From positions 1-62,675 of the forward strand of contig JANOEH010000170.1 in NCBI GenBank assembly GCA_031413115.1: 62,675 bases of DNA. The letters are read 5' to 3'. How positions within the stretch are numbered: the stretch's first letter is position 1; each line of letters opens with the position of its first letter. The notes below the pieces were generated by a model. That model was not told the DNA's origin and made no database searches. It saw nothing but the letters and a program-made list of their open reading frames with translations. Position numbers and translations under genes: made by a program. Below are positions 44,080 to 53,495 of this stretch, piece after piece. The DNA is from Candidatus Eiseniibacteriota bacterium (GTDB lineage Bacteria; Eisenbacteria; RBG-16-71-46; DASYSL01).

Positions 44080-45314
44080 TCATGGCGGAGCGCCTCGATC
44101 GGGTCGAGCCGCGCCCCGCGCACGGCGGGCGCAACGCCGGCGGCCACGCCGACGACGATCGAGACCACGATCGCAATGGCGACGATGGGGATCGACGGGC
44201 TCGCGGGCATCACCGTGGCGTTGATCACCGCGGTGACGAGGGCGGCGAGGACGATCCCGATCAGGCCGCCCAGGAGGCAGATCGCCGCCGACTCGAAGAG
44301 GAACTGCAGGAGGATGCTCCGCCGCGTCGCGCCCATCGCCTTGCGCAGCCCGATCTCCTTCGTCCGTTCGGTGACGGAGACGAACATGATGTTCATCACG
44401 CCGACCGCGCCGACGAACAGCGAGATGCTGGTGACCAGGAGCCCGACGATCAGGACGACGCCCATGACGCTGCTGAACGTGCCCATCAGGGTATCGAGCT
44501 TGTTGATGCTGAAGTCGTCGGGCTCGGCGGGGCGCAGCTGGCGGAGCTTCCGCATCTCGCCGATCACGACGAACTCGAGGTCCTGGACCGACTCCTGGCG
44601 CGGCGCCTTGATCGCGATGTTGAGGTCGACCTGCCCCCGGCGGCCGCCGAACGCCCGGACGTAGGACGTGATCGGCACGTAGACCTGGCGGTCGAAGTTG
44701 GGCCCGCCCATGAACCCGCCGCCCTGCTTCTCCATGACGCCGACGACCCGGAAGTCGGCGCGCCCGATCCGCAGCGTCTTGCCGAGAGGATCGGTTCCGC
44801 GGAAGATCCCGTCGCGGATGTCCCGGCCGATCACGCAGACGCGCCGCTTCGAGAACACGTCGATCGGCATCAGGAACCGCCCGAACTCCGGCTGGCCGGA
44901 GGACATCTGGAGTTCCTTCTCGGTCGTGCCAAGGATCGTCACCGCTTCGGCGATCTCGGAGCGGAACTTGACGTCCTGCCGTGTGCTGAGCGTCGGGTTG
45001 ACCAGCGCCCTTCCGCGCAGGCGGGCCTCGAGCAGGCGAGCCTCGCGCAGGTCGAGCGGGGGGCGATTGCGGTAGCGGAAGAAGTCGTTCATCACGACCC
45101 AGGGCATGCGGGAGACGTAGATCACGTCGGTGCCCATCGCCGAGAGGCTCTCGCGGAACTTGTTCTGGAGTCCGTTCACCGCGGTCATCGTGGTGACGAC
45201 CGCGACGATGCCGATGATGATCCCGAGCGTCGTCAGGGCGCCACGCGCCTTGTTCGCGAGCAGCGCGCGCAGGGCGACCTGGAAGGACTCGCGCACGACC
45301 AGCGGCGTTCGCAT
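44076..45314 (-). CDS. MacB/FtsX-type ABC transporter permease, paralogue
   Basis: 412 aa with the same architecture (GALTTLGIIIGIVAVV...TERTKEIGLRKAMGAT). It overlaps the downstream permease by 4 bp. Confidence 0.9.
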   Translation of the reverse strand: MRTPLVVRESFQVALRALLANKARGALTTLGIIIGIVAVVTTMTAVNGLQNKFRESLSAMGTDVIYVSRMPWVVMNDFFRYRNRPPLDLREARLLEARLRGRALVNPTLSTRQDVKFRSEIAEAVTILGTTEKELQMSSGQPEFGRFLMPIDVFSKRRVCVIGRDIRDGIFRGTDPLGKTLRIGRADFRVVGVMEKQGGGFMGGPNFDRQVYVPITSYVRAFGGRRGQVDLNIAIKAPRQESVQDLEFVVIGEMRKLRQLRPAEPDDFSINKLDTLMGTFSSVMGVVLIVGLLVTSISLFVGAVGVMNIMFVSVTERTKEIGLRKAMGATRRSILLQFLFESAAICLLGGLIGIVLAALVTAVINATVMPASPSIPIVAIAIVVSIVVGVAAGVAPAVRGARLDPIEALRHE

Positions 45315-45326
45315 CGGGTTGCTCCC

Positions 45327-46598
45327 CTACTCCCGCGACGCCGTCTCGCCCGGCTTCTCGGGCGCGATCTCGTTGTTCACCCGGACCGTCGCACCGTTCT
45401 CGAGATCCTTCGAGATCGCGCGGTAGCTGCCGGAGACGACCTCCTCGCCCTCCTTCAGCCCGCTCAGGATCTCGATCCACTCCTCGCTCTGGATGCCGGT
45501 GGTGACTTCCCGGGCCATCGCTTTCCCCTGCTCGAGGCGGAACACGACCTCGACGAACCCATCCCGGTCGGCCTTGAAGCGGGCCTCGGCGTCCTTGCGC
45601 TTCTCGCCCTTCTGGAGGAGCTGGTCGACGGTGCGAAGCGCGACCGATTGCAGCGGCACGCTCAGTGCGTTCTCGGCGGTCCGCGTGACGATGTCCGCCG
45701 TCGCGGTCATGCCCGGCCGAAGCGTCGCGAGCGGCTCGGTGATGCCGATCTTGATCTCGAACTCGGTCTTCTGCTCGGCGGTTCCGGTCCCCGAGGAGTT
45801 CGCGCTGCTGCCGATCTCGCGCACCATCCCGTGGAGCACCTTGCCGGGCAGGGCGTCGACCTGGATCTCCGCCGGCTGGCCGACCTTGATGTCGATGATG
45901 TCGTTCTCGTCGACGTCGACCTGGACCTCCATTTCGCGGAGGTCGGCGATGACGAGGATGACATCGGCCTGGAACTGGGAGCCGAGCGCCATCTCGCCGG
46001 CCTCCTTGTTCAGCTCGCTCACCGTCCCGGACATCGGCGCATAGATCCGGGTCTTCGACAGGTCGTCGCGCGACTGCCGGAGCGTGGCCCGCGCCTGCGC
46101 CACCTGTTCGAGTGCTGCGCGATGACGCGGCACTTCGACCATGTGGGCGGTCTGCCGGGCGTCGAGGGCCGACTGTGCCTCGAGGCCCCGCTGGTGCAGC
46201 TCCTTCGACCGCGCGAGGTCCTTCTGCGCCTGCTCCATGGTCTGACCGACGAGCGCGGCGTTCGCCTGGGCGGAGCGCACGTTGGCCTCGGCGCTCTCGA
46301 CGGCCGCCAGGTAGCGATCGCGCTCGAGCTCGACGAGCAGGGCGCCCTTCTCCACCGACTGCCCCTCCTGGACGGCCAGCTTCGTGATCCTCGCACTCAG
46401 GTCGGCGCTGATCTTGACCTGCACCCGGGGCTGGATCCGCCCGGTGCCATTGACCGTCTGCACGATCTTCTGCCGGCTCGCCGGGGTCGTCTGGACCTCG
46501 AGATCCTTCCCCCCGCGGCTCCGCATCACGAGGACGGCCGCGACGGCGCCCACCACGAGCAGCCCGGCAGCACCAATCCACAGGACTCGTCGTTTCAT
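45327..46598 (-). CDS. periplasmic adaptor (membrane-fusion protein, MacA/HlyD family)
   Basis: The ATG at 46598 (MKRRVLWIGAAGLLVVGAVAAV) gives 423 aa. It has a lipoyl-like segment (ISADLSARITKLAVQEGQSVEKGALLVELE), a coiled-coil hairpin and beta-barrel segments. Confidence 0.9.
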   Translation of the reverse strand: MKRRVLWIGAAGLLVVGAVAAVLVMRSRGGKDLEVQTTPASRQKIVQTVNGTGRIQPRVQVKISADLSARITKLAVQEGQSVEKGALLVELERDRYLAAVESAEANVRSAQANAALVGQTMEQAQKDLARSKELHQRGLEAQSALDARQTAHMVEVPRHRAALEQVAQARATLRQSRDDLSKTRIYAPMSGTVSELNKEAGEMALGSQFQADVILVIADLREMEVQVDVDENDIIDIKVGQPAEIQVDALPGKVLHGMVREIGSSANSSGTGTAEQKTEFEIKIGITEPLATLRPGMTATADIVTRTAENALSVPLQSVALRTVDQLLQKGEKRKDAEARFKADRDGFVEVVFRLEQGKAMAREVTTGIQSEEWIEILSGLKEGEEVVSGSYRAISKDLENGATVRVNNEIAPEKPGETASRE

Positions 46599-46772
46599 GC
46601 TTGCGGTCTCCACGTCGGGGTACGGCCGGTCGGAATAGGGAATCCGGGGTTCCTGCATCGCTACGGAACGGGACGGGGTTTGGTTCCCGGGCCCGGCAGC
46701 CGATCTTACCCCACGCGCGACCGGGGCGACTCCCCCGCACTCCCCAAGCTCAATCCCTCGAACCCGCCGCGG

Positions 46773-47504
46773 TCAGTTCTCGATCGTGCCGTAGACGACA
46801 ATCGAAGCGAGGACGGCGAGAACTCCAAGGCCGAGCCCTGGATACGATCCCGCGCGGATGCCGATCCGACTCTCCGTGATGGTTCCCGCCTGCGGAACGA
46901 TCTCCTGCGCCTGGACGACCCAGGTGCTGCCCCCTCCGGGGAAGTCGGCGAGCGCATAGGTCGTGCGAGAGAGCTCCTCGTAAGGATACACGCTCGTTCG
47001 CACGAAGAGGACCGCCCAATCCCGCAGGCATAGCGATGCATCGAGAGCAAACCCCGGGGCCTGCCCCGTCGTCGAGGATTGGATCCAGAGGTTCGGAGAT
47101 GGCCACTCGTCGGCAAGCCGCGTCGTGCTGCCGTTGACCAGCAGTCCGGGTGCGACGTCGAGGGCGATGGACCCGGTCAGGTTGACTCGGATCAGTGGGG
47201 CCACGGTGAGGGTGGTCCCGGAGTCATCCGTGAAGGCCAGCGTAGCACCCACGGCAAACCGACGATCGAGCGGGTGCACGAGGCCGAAGACCCAGATCCG
47301 CTCATACGATGTGCGAATGGAGACTCCGAACTCCGTGATCGGAAACCAATCGCAGTCGGTCGGCTGACTGGGTCGAAAGCACAAGGCGCACACGGTGGAG
47401 GCGCCCCGCTCCTGCGCCCGAACCGCCGTAGGCCCGGCGAGAATCAGGCCGGACACAACAAGCGCGAGAGACGATTGGGGGCGAAAGAAGGTGGCCGCGT
47501 TCAT
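46773..47504 (-). CDS. hypothetical secreted protein with a hydrophobic C-terminal segment
   Basis: The ATG at 47504 lies inside track ORF 46773..47834 and gives 243 aa. The signal peptide is LALVVSGLILAGPTAVRAQ. The sequence looks beta-rich and ends in GLGLGVLAVLASIVVYGTIEN. Confidence 0.5.
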   Translation of the reverse strand: MNAATFFRPQSSLALVVSGLILAGPTAVRAQERGASTVCALCFRPSQPTDCDWFPITEFGVSIRTSYERIWVFGLVHPLDRRFAVGATLAFTDDSGTTLTVAPLIRVNLTGSIALDVAPGLLVNGSTTRLADEWPSPNLWIQSSTTGQAPGFALDASLCLRDWAVLFVRTSVYPYEELSRTTYALADFPGGGSTWVVQAQEIVPQAGTITESRIGIRAGSYPGLGLGVLAVLASIVVYGTIEN

Positions 47505-47532
47505 CGCGCTCTTCCACTGTGCCGGACCCGAT

Positions 47533-49041
47533 TCATCGACCGGCGGCCATGGATTGCAGGGCTTCGTTGATCCTCGCCACGGAGAGTCGGGACAATGCCC
47601 GCGGTTCCCGGATGAGGCGATCCGCAAGCGCCCAGTTCGGATCGGCGGTCTCCGACACATGGATGCGGTACCAGCCCGTCGTCGCGGCCAGGTAACTCCT
47701 CGCGCGACCGGGCGGCGTGGGGTCGACCGCGAAGCGGAGTTCGACGGAATCCGGACTCTCCATGACCAGCACCTTCCCGTCTGGTCGATCGAGTTGCGAA
47801 CGAACGTCGCGTCCCCGGGCGTCTCGCGCAACACTCGGTCCGATCTCCCGCGTGACGAAGTCAGGCTCCGGTTCGAGATCGATGGCGACCCGGTCGATCA
47901 ACCAGAGCGACGGCGCGGTCTCGAGTCGGATGCGAACGGTCTCGCCGCGCACTGCCGAGAGATCAAGCTGCACGACCTGCCGTTTTGCCAGTTCCGGCCC
48001 CGGGCCGGGAAGGAAGCCCTGCCGCCGCCAGCCCACACCGTCCCAGATGGAGATGTCGAGGGCCACCTCGCGCGCCATGGCGGCCGCGAAGTCGTGGGCC
48101 TGCTCAGGGTCCGCAGCGAGGGCGCGGTACCACGCCCCGGTGTCCCTGCCGCGAAGCTGATTGAACTCGCCCATGAGAAAATCCGCCCAGGTCGTGTAGC
48201 GACCGTCGACGACCAGGCGCGCCTCGGTCGCTCCTGCCGCCCTCGGGAATTCGATCTCGAGCCCATCCCGAATGTCCTCCGCCCGTGCCGTGTCGCGCCC
48301 GGTGGGCACCGACTCCCAGTTCATGGCGTCGTTCTCGCGAATCAGAGGGAGGATGTCCCGCCGTCGGAAATCCCGGGCCGCGGTCGGCCTGGTCAATGTC
48401 CCGAGGGCGTGGAGCACACCGCTTGCGTCCGGTGCGATGGTGCACCGGGGATCATGGTCGACCGCGAGGAGGCGGATCGCATCGAGGTGCTCCGTCTCGT
48501 TCGGCAGCCCCGTGACGCGCAGCCGGAGGACGCCGTCCTGACCCTGGGCATGGTCGAGATTGTCGACGTCCGTGCGGGCAAGCGCCGGCATGATCGCTCC
48601 CGCGAAAGTACCGGAGTCGAGCCTCCACGCCGTCCCATCCCAGCTGTGAATGCGCGGGCAATTGGTGGCTTCATAGGTGGTCAGATAGAGCACCGCAGCC
48701 ACCAGGACCACGGAGGCCCCGACGCCGACGACGAGCAATGCGGTCTTGGCCCCGTCGAAGCGCCATGCTTCCACCTTCGCGATCCGCGCGATCGGAACCG
48801 CCGCGGTGTCACCGATTGCGTACTTCCCAGTGGAGTCCCGGACCCAGGCCTCCGTCCGTCCGTAGAGCGTGTCCCCACCGAACCAGGGATCGTGCAGGGT
48901 GAGCACGCCGCCATCCACCAGTTCCGCGCGCAATCGCGTGGGATGCTCTTCACGGGCGGCCGGATCCGTGAGCGTGCTCGACTGTTTCCAGGACGAGCAC
49001 GAGACGAAGAGAAGCTGCAGCGCGATGAGGAACACCGACAT
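47533..49041 (-). CDS. hypothetical lipoprotein with one internal TM segment
   Basis: The ATG at 49041 lies inside track ORF 47533..49383 and gives 502 aa. The lipobox-like segment is LLFVSCSS and the internal helix is ALLVVGVGASVVLVAAVLYL. I recognised no family. Confidence 0.55.
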   Translation of the reverse strand: MSVFLIALQLLFVSCSSWKQSSTLTDPAAREEHPTRLRAELVDGGVLTLHDPWFGGDTLYGRTEAWVRDSTGKYAIGDTAAVPIARIAKVEAWRFDGAKTALLVVGVGASVVLVAAVLYLTTYEATNCPRIHSWDGTAWRLDSGTFAGAIMPALARTDVDNLDHAQGQDGVLRLRVTGLPNETEHLDAIRLLAVDHDPRCTIAPDASGVLHALGTLTRPTAARDFRRRDILPLIRENDAMNWESVPTGRDTARAEDIRDGLEIEFPRAAGATEARLVVDGRYTTWADFLMGEFNQLRGRDTGAWYRALAADPEQAHDFAAAMAREVALDISIWDGVGWRRQGFLPGPGPELAKRQVVQLDLSAVRGETVRIRLETAPSLWLIDRVAIDLEPEPDFVTREIGPSVARDARGRDVRSQLDRPDGKVLVMESPDSVELRFAVDPTPPGRARSYLAATTGWYRIHVSETADPNWALADRLIREPRALSRLSVARINEALQSMAAGR

Positions 49042-49445
49042 CGGCAGGCGGCAGTGGCCGGGGAGGCCAGGATTCGAGCGGAGTGCCATGCGACAGCTCC
49101 TGTCTTCGGGGGAAGGCGCTTCATCGCGCAGCCGACCTCTGGCCGGAACGCCCTGCCCGACGAGTCCCGGTTGCGCTGGTGGCTGGAAGCGGCACTTGTG
49201 GGGAGGGCAAAGGGCTCGGATGTGCCCGGAGGGGGGTGGGTTGGGGCAGCCGATGCGAGAGAGTCTCGCACGGCGGGCGGCGCGACGATAGGGCCCAGAA
49301 GATGAATATGGCCCGGCCCGCCCGGAACAAGGTGTGCAATCGGTGCCCCACGCGTTCCGCCGCAGAGTCCCTGACCTCTCCACCGGACGCGCCCGCAGTC
49401 TCCAAAGTGCGGCGAAGGAAATGACTGCACTGCTTCGGCCACCGA

Positions 49446-52424
49446 TCAGCGTGGATCGCCCCCCGGGTTGGAGGACTCGTTGCTGGCCACAGCACGGCGG
49501 GCACTCTCCCGCATTCGCCGCATGTCGGGGTCGGGCATGTCCATCTCGCGGCGCAGTGCTTCCCAGTGTCGCTGAACCCGATCAAACCTGCCCTGCCTGG
49601 CGTACAGCTGCACCAGGCGGGAACGGAGGACGGGGACGACGAGACCCCGCGCCACGAGTTCGTCACGCGTCTTGCCGATCGGGGAGAGTGCACGCTCGTA
49701 GTGAAATGCCGCCGAGTCGGCATGCCCGATCGCTTCGTGCGCGAGGCCCACCAACCATCCCGCCAGGGGGCGCCCGGGAGGGAATAATAGGTCTCGCTCT
49801 CTCCCCAGGGCCAGTGGCGATCCGATCGCGATGACATCCTTCCAACGGGCTTCATGAACGGCGATCCATGCCTCGAGGACCCGGGACGACGAAGCCACTC
49901 TCGTTCTCTCCGGTGGAGAGCTGCGGTGGACTTCCTCGAGCCGCTCCTTCGCTGTTTCCGCATCCCCGCGCGCCAGGGCGTCGAAGCCGGCGATGACCCT
50001 GCCGCGAGTCGATGGATCCGTGACGGGCGCAGCCCGATCGCGAGCATTCATTCCTGCGATGAGCGCTGCACAGGCACTCGAGACGGCTGCCAGATGAACT
50101 TGATCGGCGAGACCACTGCTCTCGGCCAGGACCCTCGCTCGCTCCAGGGTCTCCCTGCCACTCCGGTAGCTGCCGCGAGCCATTTGCGCACAGGCGTGAT
50201 CGAACTCCCAAGACACCCGACGATTTGCTGCCTGGTCCGGGAGGGCCTGCAGGATCGCGAGGTGACTCTCGAAGGCGGGCCAATCATCGAGCGCACACGC
50301 GAGGGCGGCCCTGGCTTCGAGTTGGAGCAGGCCGCTCATCCGTGATTCGACGATCGTCGCCGCCTCGGCGGTCCGCCCGAGCGACAGGAGCACGTACGTC
50401 TCGAGCTGGTTGGTGTTGGGATAGGGCCCGACGGGCGAGAGCTGTCCTGCCATCCGCACGTGAGCAAGCGCCTCTTCATCCCGTCCCAGTTCCCACAGGA
50501 TCGCTGCGAGTATCTCGTGGGCACCCCCCTGATCCGGGTGAAGTCGAAGAAATTCAAGATAGACCGGAATAGCCGCCGCGCTTCCATCGTTCAGTATCAC
50601 AAGATCGGCTTGCAGGCGGAGGCGTTGACCTTCAGGAAGGCGATCCTTTCGCTTGAGAGCTTCGCTGAACGCCCAGCGCGCAGAGTCCTCGAGGGAAAGG
50701 TTCAAGAAGCAAACGCCCAGACTTCTCCAGGCGATCGCATAGTCGGGATCCAGGCGCAATGCTTCCTCAATTTTCCGCCTTGAGCCCAGGACGTCCCCCT
50801 CCGAGTTCAGTCGATTGGCCCCTTGAAGCGCTCGCGCCGCCGCAAAGCTCGTCGTGATCTGCAACGCGCCCCCTGTCGAATAGATCCCCCGGCGAATGCG
50901 GTCACGACGATCCCCCATTCCGCGCTCGAGCTGAATCCCAAGCTCCTGGAGAGTTGTCGCAAGTTTCTCCTCGCTGGTGATCTTCGGGCCCACCGTCAGC
51001 AGGACGCTGTCACGATAGGCGTCGACGGCCCGCAGGACGATCGACAGGCGCGAGCCGACGCGATGGATGGAACCTTCCACGACCGTGCGCGCCAATCCCC
51101 GTCTCGCCAGGTCCCGCGCCATCGCCCCGGTGACGGAGGTTGTCTCGGGCAAGCCCGACGAGGTGAGTGCCAGCCGGACTCCATCATCCGGGACCGTGGC
51201 GATGAACCTGGACTGATCCAGCACCGACCGGACGATCTCCCGCGCCCCCCGGGCAAGACCGGGATCATCCGGAGGACCATCGAAGCGGCTGAGGAGAGTC
51301 CATGCCTTCGGAGTCGCCGGCCGCCTGGGATCCGGTGGTGAATCGCCCCTGCCCGGCAGGACGCCTCGAGCGAGGAGGACAACAATCACGACGAGGCCGA
51401 CGATCAATCCTGCGGTCAGCCAGCTTCGTCCTGTCATGCGTCGAGAAATCAACTTCGGATCGCGTGGCTCGACGAGCCCGGCCCCTGCCAGGGAGGTCGT
51501 GGTCCCACCCGGGCCATCCGTCGTCTTCTCCAGCCTGGCGAGGGCATCGGCGAACACCGTCGCCGTCGGGTATCGATCCGCGGCCGCAGGCTGAAGCGCG
51601 CGCTCCACGACCGCGTCCACGGCACTCGCGAGTGCGAACTTCCGGCCGGAGAGCGCGCGGGGCCTTGCCTGAAGACCCTCAGCGGACGAATCCAGCCCGG
51701 GAGGATCGACGAACGGGGGTCTGCCGGCGAGCATCTCGTAGAGGACGCATCCGAGACTGTAGAGGTCGCTCCTGCCGTCCAGGGCATGACCCGCAGCCTG
51801 TTCCGGACTCATGTAGGCGGGTGTCCCGAGCGTGGTCCCGCTCTGCGTCGCCGCCTGGGTCACGCCTGCGGAGGCCAAGGGTCCCGAGACTCGCGCGATC
51901 CCGAAGTCCGCGACGAGGGCGATGTCCCCCGAGAGCAGGATGTTCTCGGGCTTGATGTCGCGATGCACGATTCCACGATGATGGGAGTATCCGAGGGCGC
52001 TCGCGATCTCGCGGGCGAGGCGAAGTGACGTCTCGACTGGAAGCTGCCCCTCGCGGTTCAGGCGAGCACGGAGCGACTCGCCCGCGATGTACGGCATGAC
52101 GTAGTAGAGCTGGTCATCTGCCATACCTGAGTCAAAGAGCGGAACGAGGTGGGGATGATTCAGGTTCGCTGCAATCTGGATCTCACGCAGAAATCGATCA
52201 TGGCCGATGGCCGCCGCCACTTCCGGGTGAATGACCTTGATCGCGACCTGGCGGTGGTGCTTCAGATCCTCCGCCAGGTACACGGTGGCCATCCCGCCGC
52301 GGCCAAGCTCGCGCTCGATACGGTAACGGTCGGCGAGCGCATCGCGGAGACGATCCAACGGCGTCGACAGGGCTGCACCTCCCTGAAAGAAGTGGGATGT
52401 GGTTCGTCTTGTCCATGCGCGCAT
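49446..52424 (-). CDS. Ser/Thr protein kinase with a TM helix and a TPR-rich extracytoplasmic region
   Basis: 992 aa. Kinase motifs: ADRYRIERELGRGGMATVYLAED, AIKVI, HRDIKPENILL, DFGIAR, YMSPEQ. The TM helix is WLTAGLIVGLVVIVVLLA. The C-terminus has helical TPR-like repeats. The exact start is uncertain. Confidence 0.85.
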   Translation of the reverse strand: MRAWTRRTTSHFFQGGAALSTPLDRLRDALADRYRIERELGRGGMATVYLAEDLKHHRQVAIKVIHPEVAAAIGHDRFLREIQIAANLNHPHLVPLFDSGMADDQLYYVMPYIAGESLRARLNREGQLPVETSLRLAREIASALGYSHHRGIVHRDIKPENILLSGDIALVADFGIARVSGPLASAGVTQAATQSGTTLGTPAYMSPEQAAGHALDGRSDLYSLGCVLYEMLAGRPPFVDPPGLDSSAEGLQARPRALSGRKFALASAVDAVVERALQPAAADRYPTATVFADALARLEKTTDGPGGTTTSLAGAGLVEPRDPKLISRRMTGRSWLTAGLIVGLVVIVVLLARGVLPGRGDSPPDPRRPATPKAWTLLSRFDGPPDDPGLARGAREIVRSVLDQSRFIATVPDDGVRLALTSSGLPETTSVTGAMARDLARRGLARTVVEGSIHRVGSRLSIVLRAVDAYRDSVLLTVGPKITSEEKLATTLQELGIQLERGMGDRRDRIRRGIYSTGGALQITTSFAAARALQGANRLNSEGDVLGSRRKIEEALRLDPDYAIAWRSLGVCFLNLSLEDSARWAFSEALKRKDRLPEGQRLRLQADLVILNDGSAAAIPVYLEFLRLHPDQGGAHEILAAILWELGRDEEALAHVRMAGQLSPVGPYPNTNQLETYVLLSLGRTAEAATIVESRMSGLLQLEARAALACALDDWPAFESHLAILQALPDQAANRRVSWEFDHACAQMARGSYRSGRETLERARVLAESSGLADQVHLAAVSSACAALIAGMNARDRAAPVTDPSTRGRVIAGFDALARGDAETAKERLEEVHRSSPPERTRVASSSRVLEAWIAVHEARWKDVIAIGSPLALGRERDLLFPPGRPLAGWLVGLAHEAIGHADSAAFHYERALSPIGKTRDELVARGLVVPVLRSRLVQLYARQGRFDRVQRHWEALRREMDMPDPDMRRMRESARRAVASNESSNPGGDPR

Positions 52425-52919
52425 GCGTTGCCTGCGGCTTCAAGTGCCTGATTCAGTTCGCCGGACTCAACTGTACACCCACCTCGGCACAACGCTCGAG
52501 TTGGGGCGTGCTCAAGGCCTGGTACCGCTGAGGGGTCGTTCGAACGCCGGCACCAGGGCCGAAGGAAAACACCTCCCCCGCCCGAAAGCAGAGAAGGTGC
52601 GAGCACTGCAGAATGGCTCCCCGGGATTCGTCAGTGTACGAACCGAACAGGTCGTTGGAACAGTGTGATCGTTGTCCGTTTTTTCCCAGGGCAAGCTGAC
52701 GGGTGAACCGTCCGGCCCACACTGGGGAATTCTTGGACTCCGAGGCAAGGTGCGCTCACGGGCGATCGTCGGCGCCAACTGGCGCGACGGGGCGCAAACG
52801 CCCGACTCCGTCCCTCCTTGCCGGTTCCCCCAACGCGCCCGACACGCCGAGCGCCGGAGTACCTCGTCAGTCACGATGTCGTTCGGGGCCCGCGATTCGG
52901 TCGATCGTCCCGCGCGCGA

Positions 52920-53483
52920 CTACAGGAGAACCAGCTTTCGCGTCAGCGCTTTTCCATCGCTCGAGAGGTGTACCCAGTAGATCCCGGGAGGAGCCCGTCG
53001 TCCCGAGCCGTCCGCACGATCCCAGGCCACGGCATGCACGCCCGCGGTGAAGTTCGAGGCAACCAGCGTGCGGATCACCGCTCCGCTGACCCCATAGACC
53101 GCGAGCGTGACCTGGCCGGGTTGCGGGAGCCTGAACGAGATGGACGCTCCCGCCGGCGACGGGCTTGGCTGAGGCGCGTACAGCTCGACTCCCTGTACGG
53201 TTTCACCGATCGGGCCAGGATCCACCGACACCAGGCCATGGACTCCCGAGTGAAACCCACCGGTGAGAACGAACGACGAACCCGAGGAGGTCGTGACGGC
53301 CGCTGCGCCGACGATCCCCTGCAGGGAGAAATTCCCGCCCGCGCTCGCGTGACCCGTGCCGCCAATCTGCAGGCGCTTGAACGAAAACGAACCCCCGCTC
53401 TGAGCCTCGGATCGCGGCGCAGAGGAGACCGAGCAGACCGCCGCGAGAAGCGCGGCAAAGATGACCAATCCTGATGGTCGCAT
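52920..53483 (-). CDS. small secreted protein with a T9SS type A / FlgD-Ig-like C-terminal sorting domain
   Basis: 187 aa. The signal peptide is LVIFAALLAAVCSVSSA. The C-terminal ISFRLPQPGQVTLAVYGVSGAVIRTLVASNFTAGVHAVAWDRADGSGRRAPPGIYWVHLSSDGKALTRKLVLL follows the T9SS C-terminal-domain consensus. Confidence 0.7.
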   Translation of the reverse strand: MRPSGLVIFAALLAAVCSVSSAPRSEAQSGGSFSFKRLQIGGTGHASAGGNFSLQGIVGAAAVTTSSGSSFVLTGGFHSGVHGLVSVDPGPIGETVQGVELYAPQPSPSPAGASISFRLPQPGQVTLAVYGVSGAVIRTLVASNFTAGVHAVAWDRADGSGRRAPPGIYWVHLSSDGKALTRKLVLL

Positions 53484-53495
53484 GGGTTCCTCCGC

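Noticed and set aside
44019-47033. A 1004-aa plus-strand ORF and an 886-aa minus-strand ORF (44080-46740) across the efflux operon.
   Set aside because: They are low-complexity Arg/Asp/Gly-rich translations. The real genes are the adaptor and the two FtsX-type permeases in another minus-strand frame.
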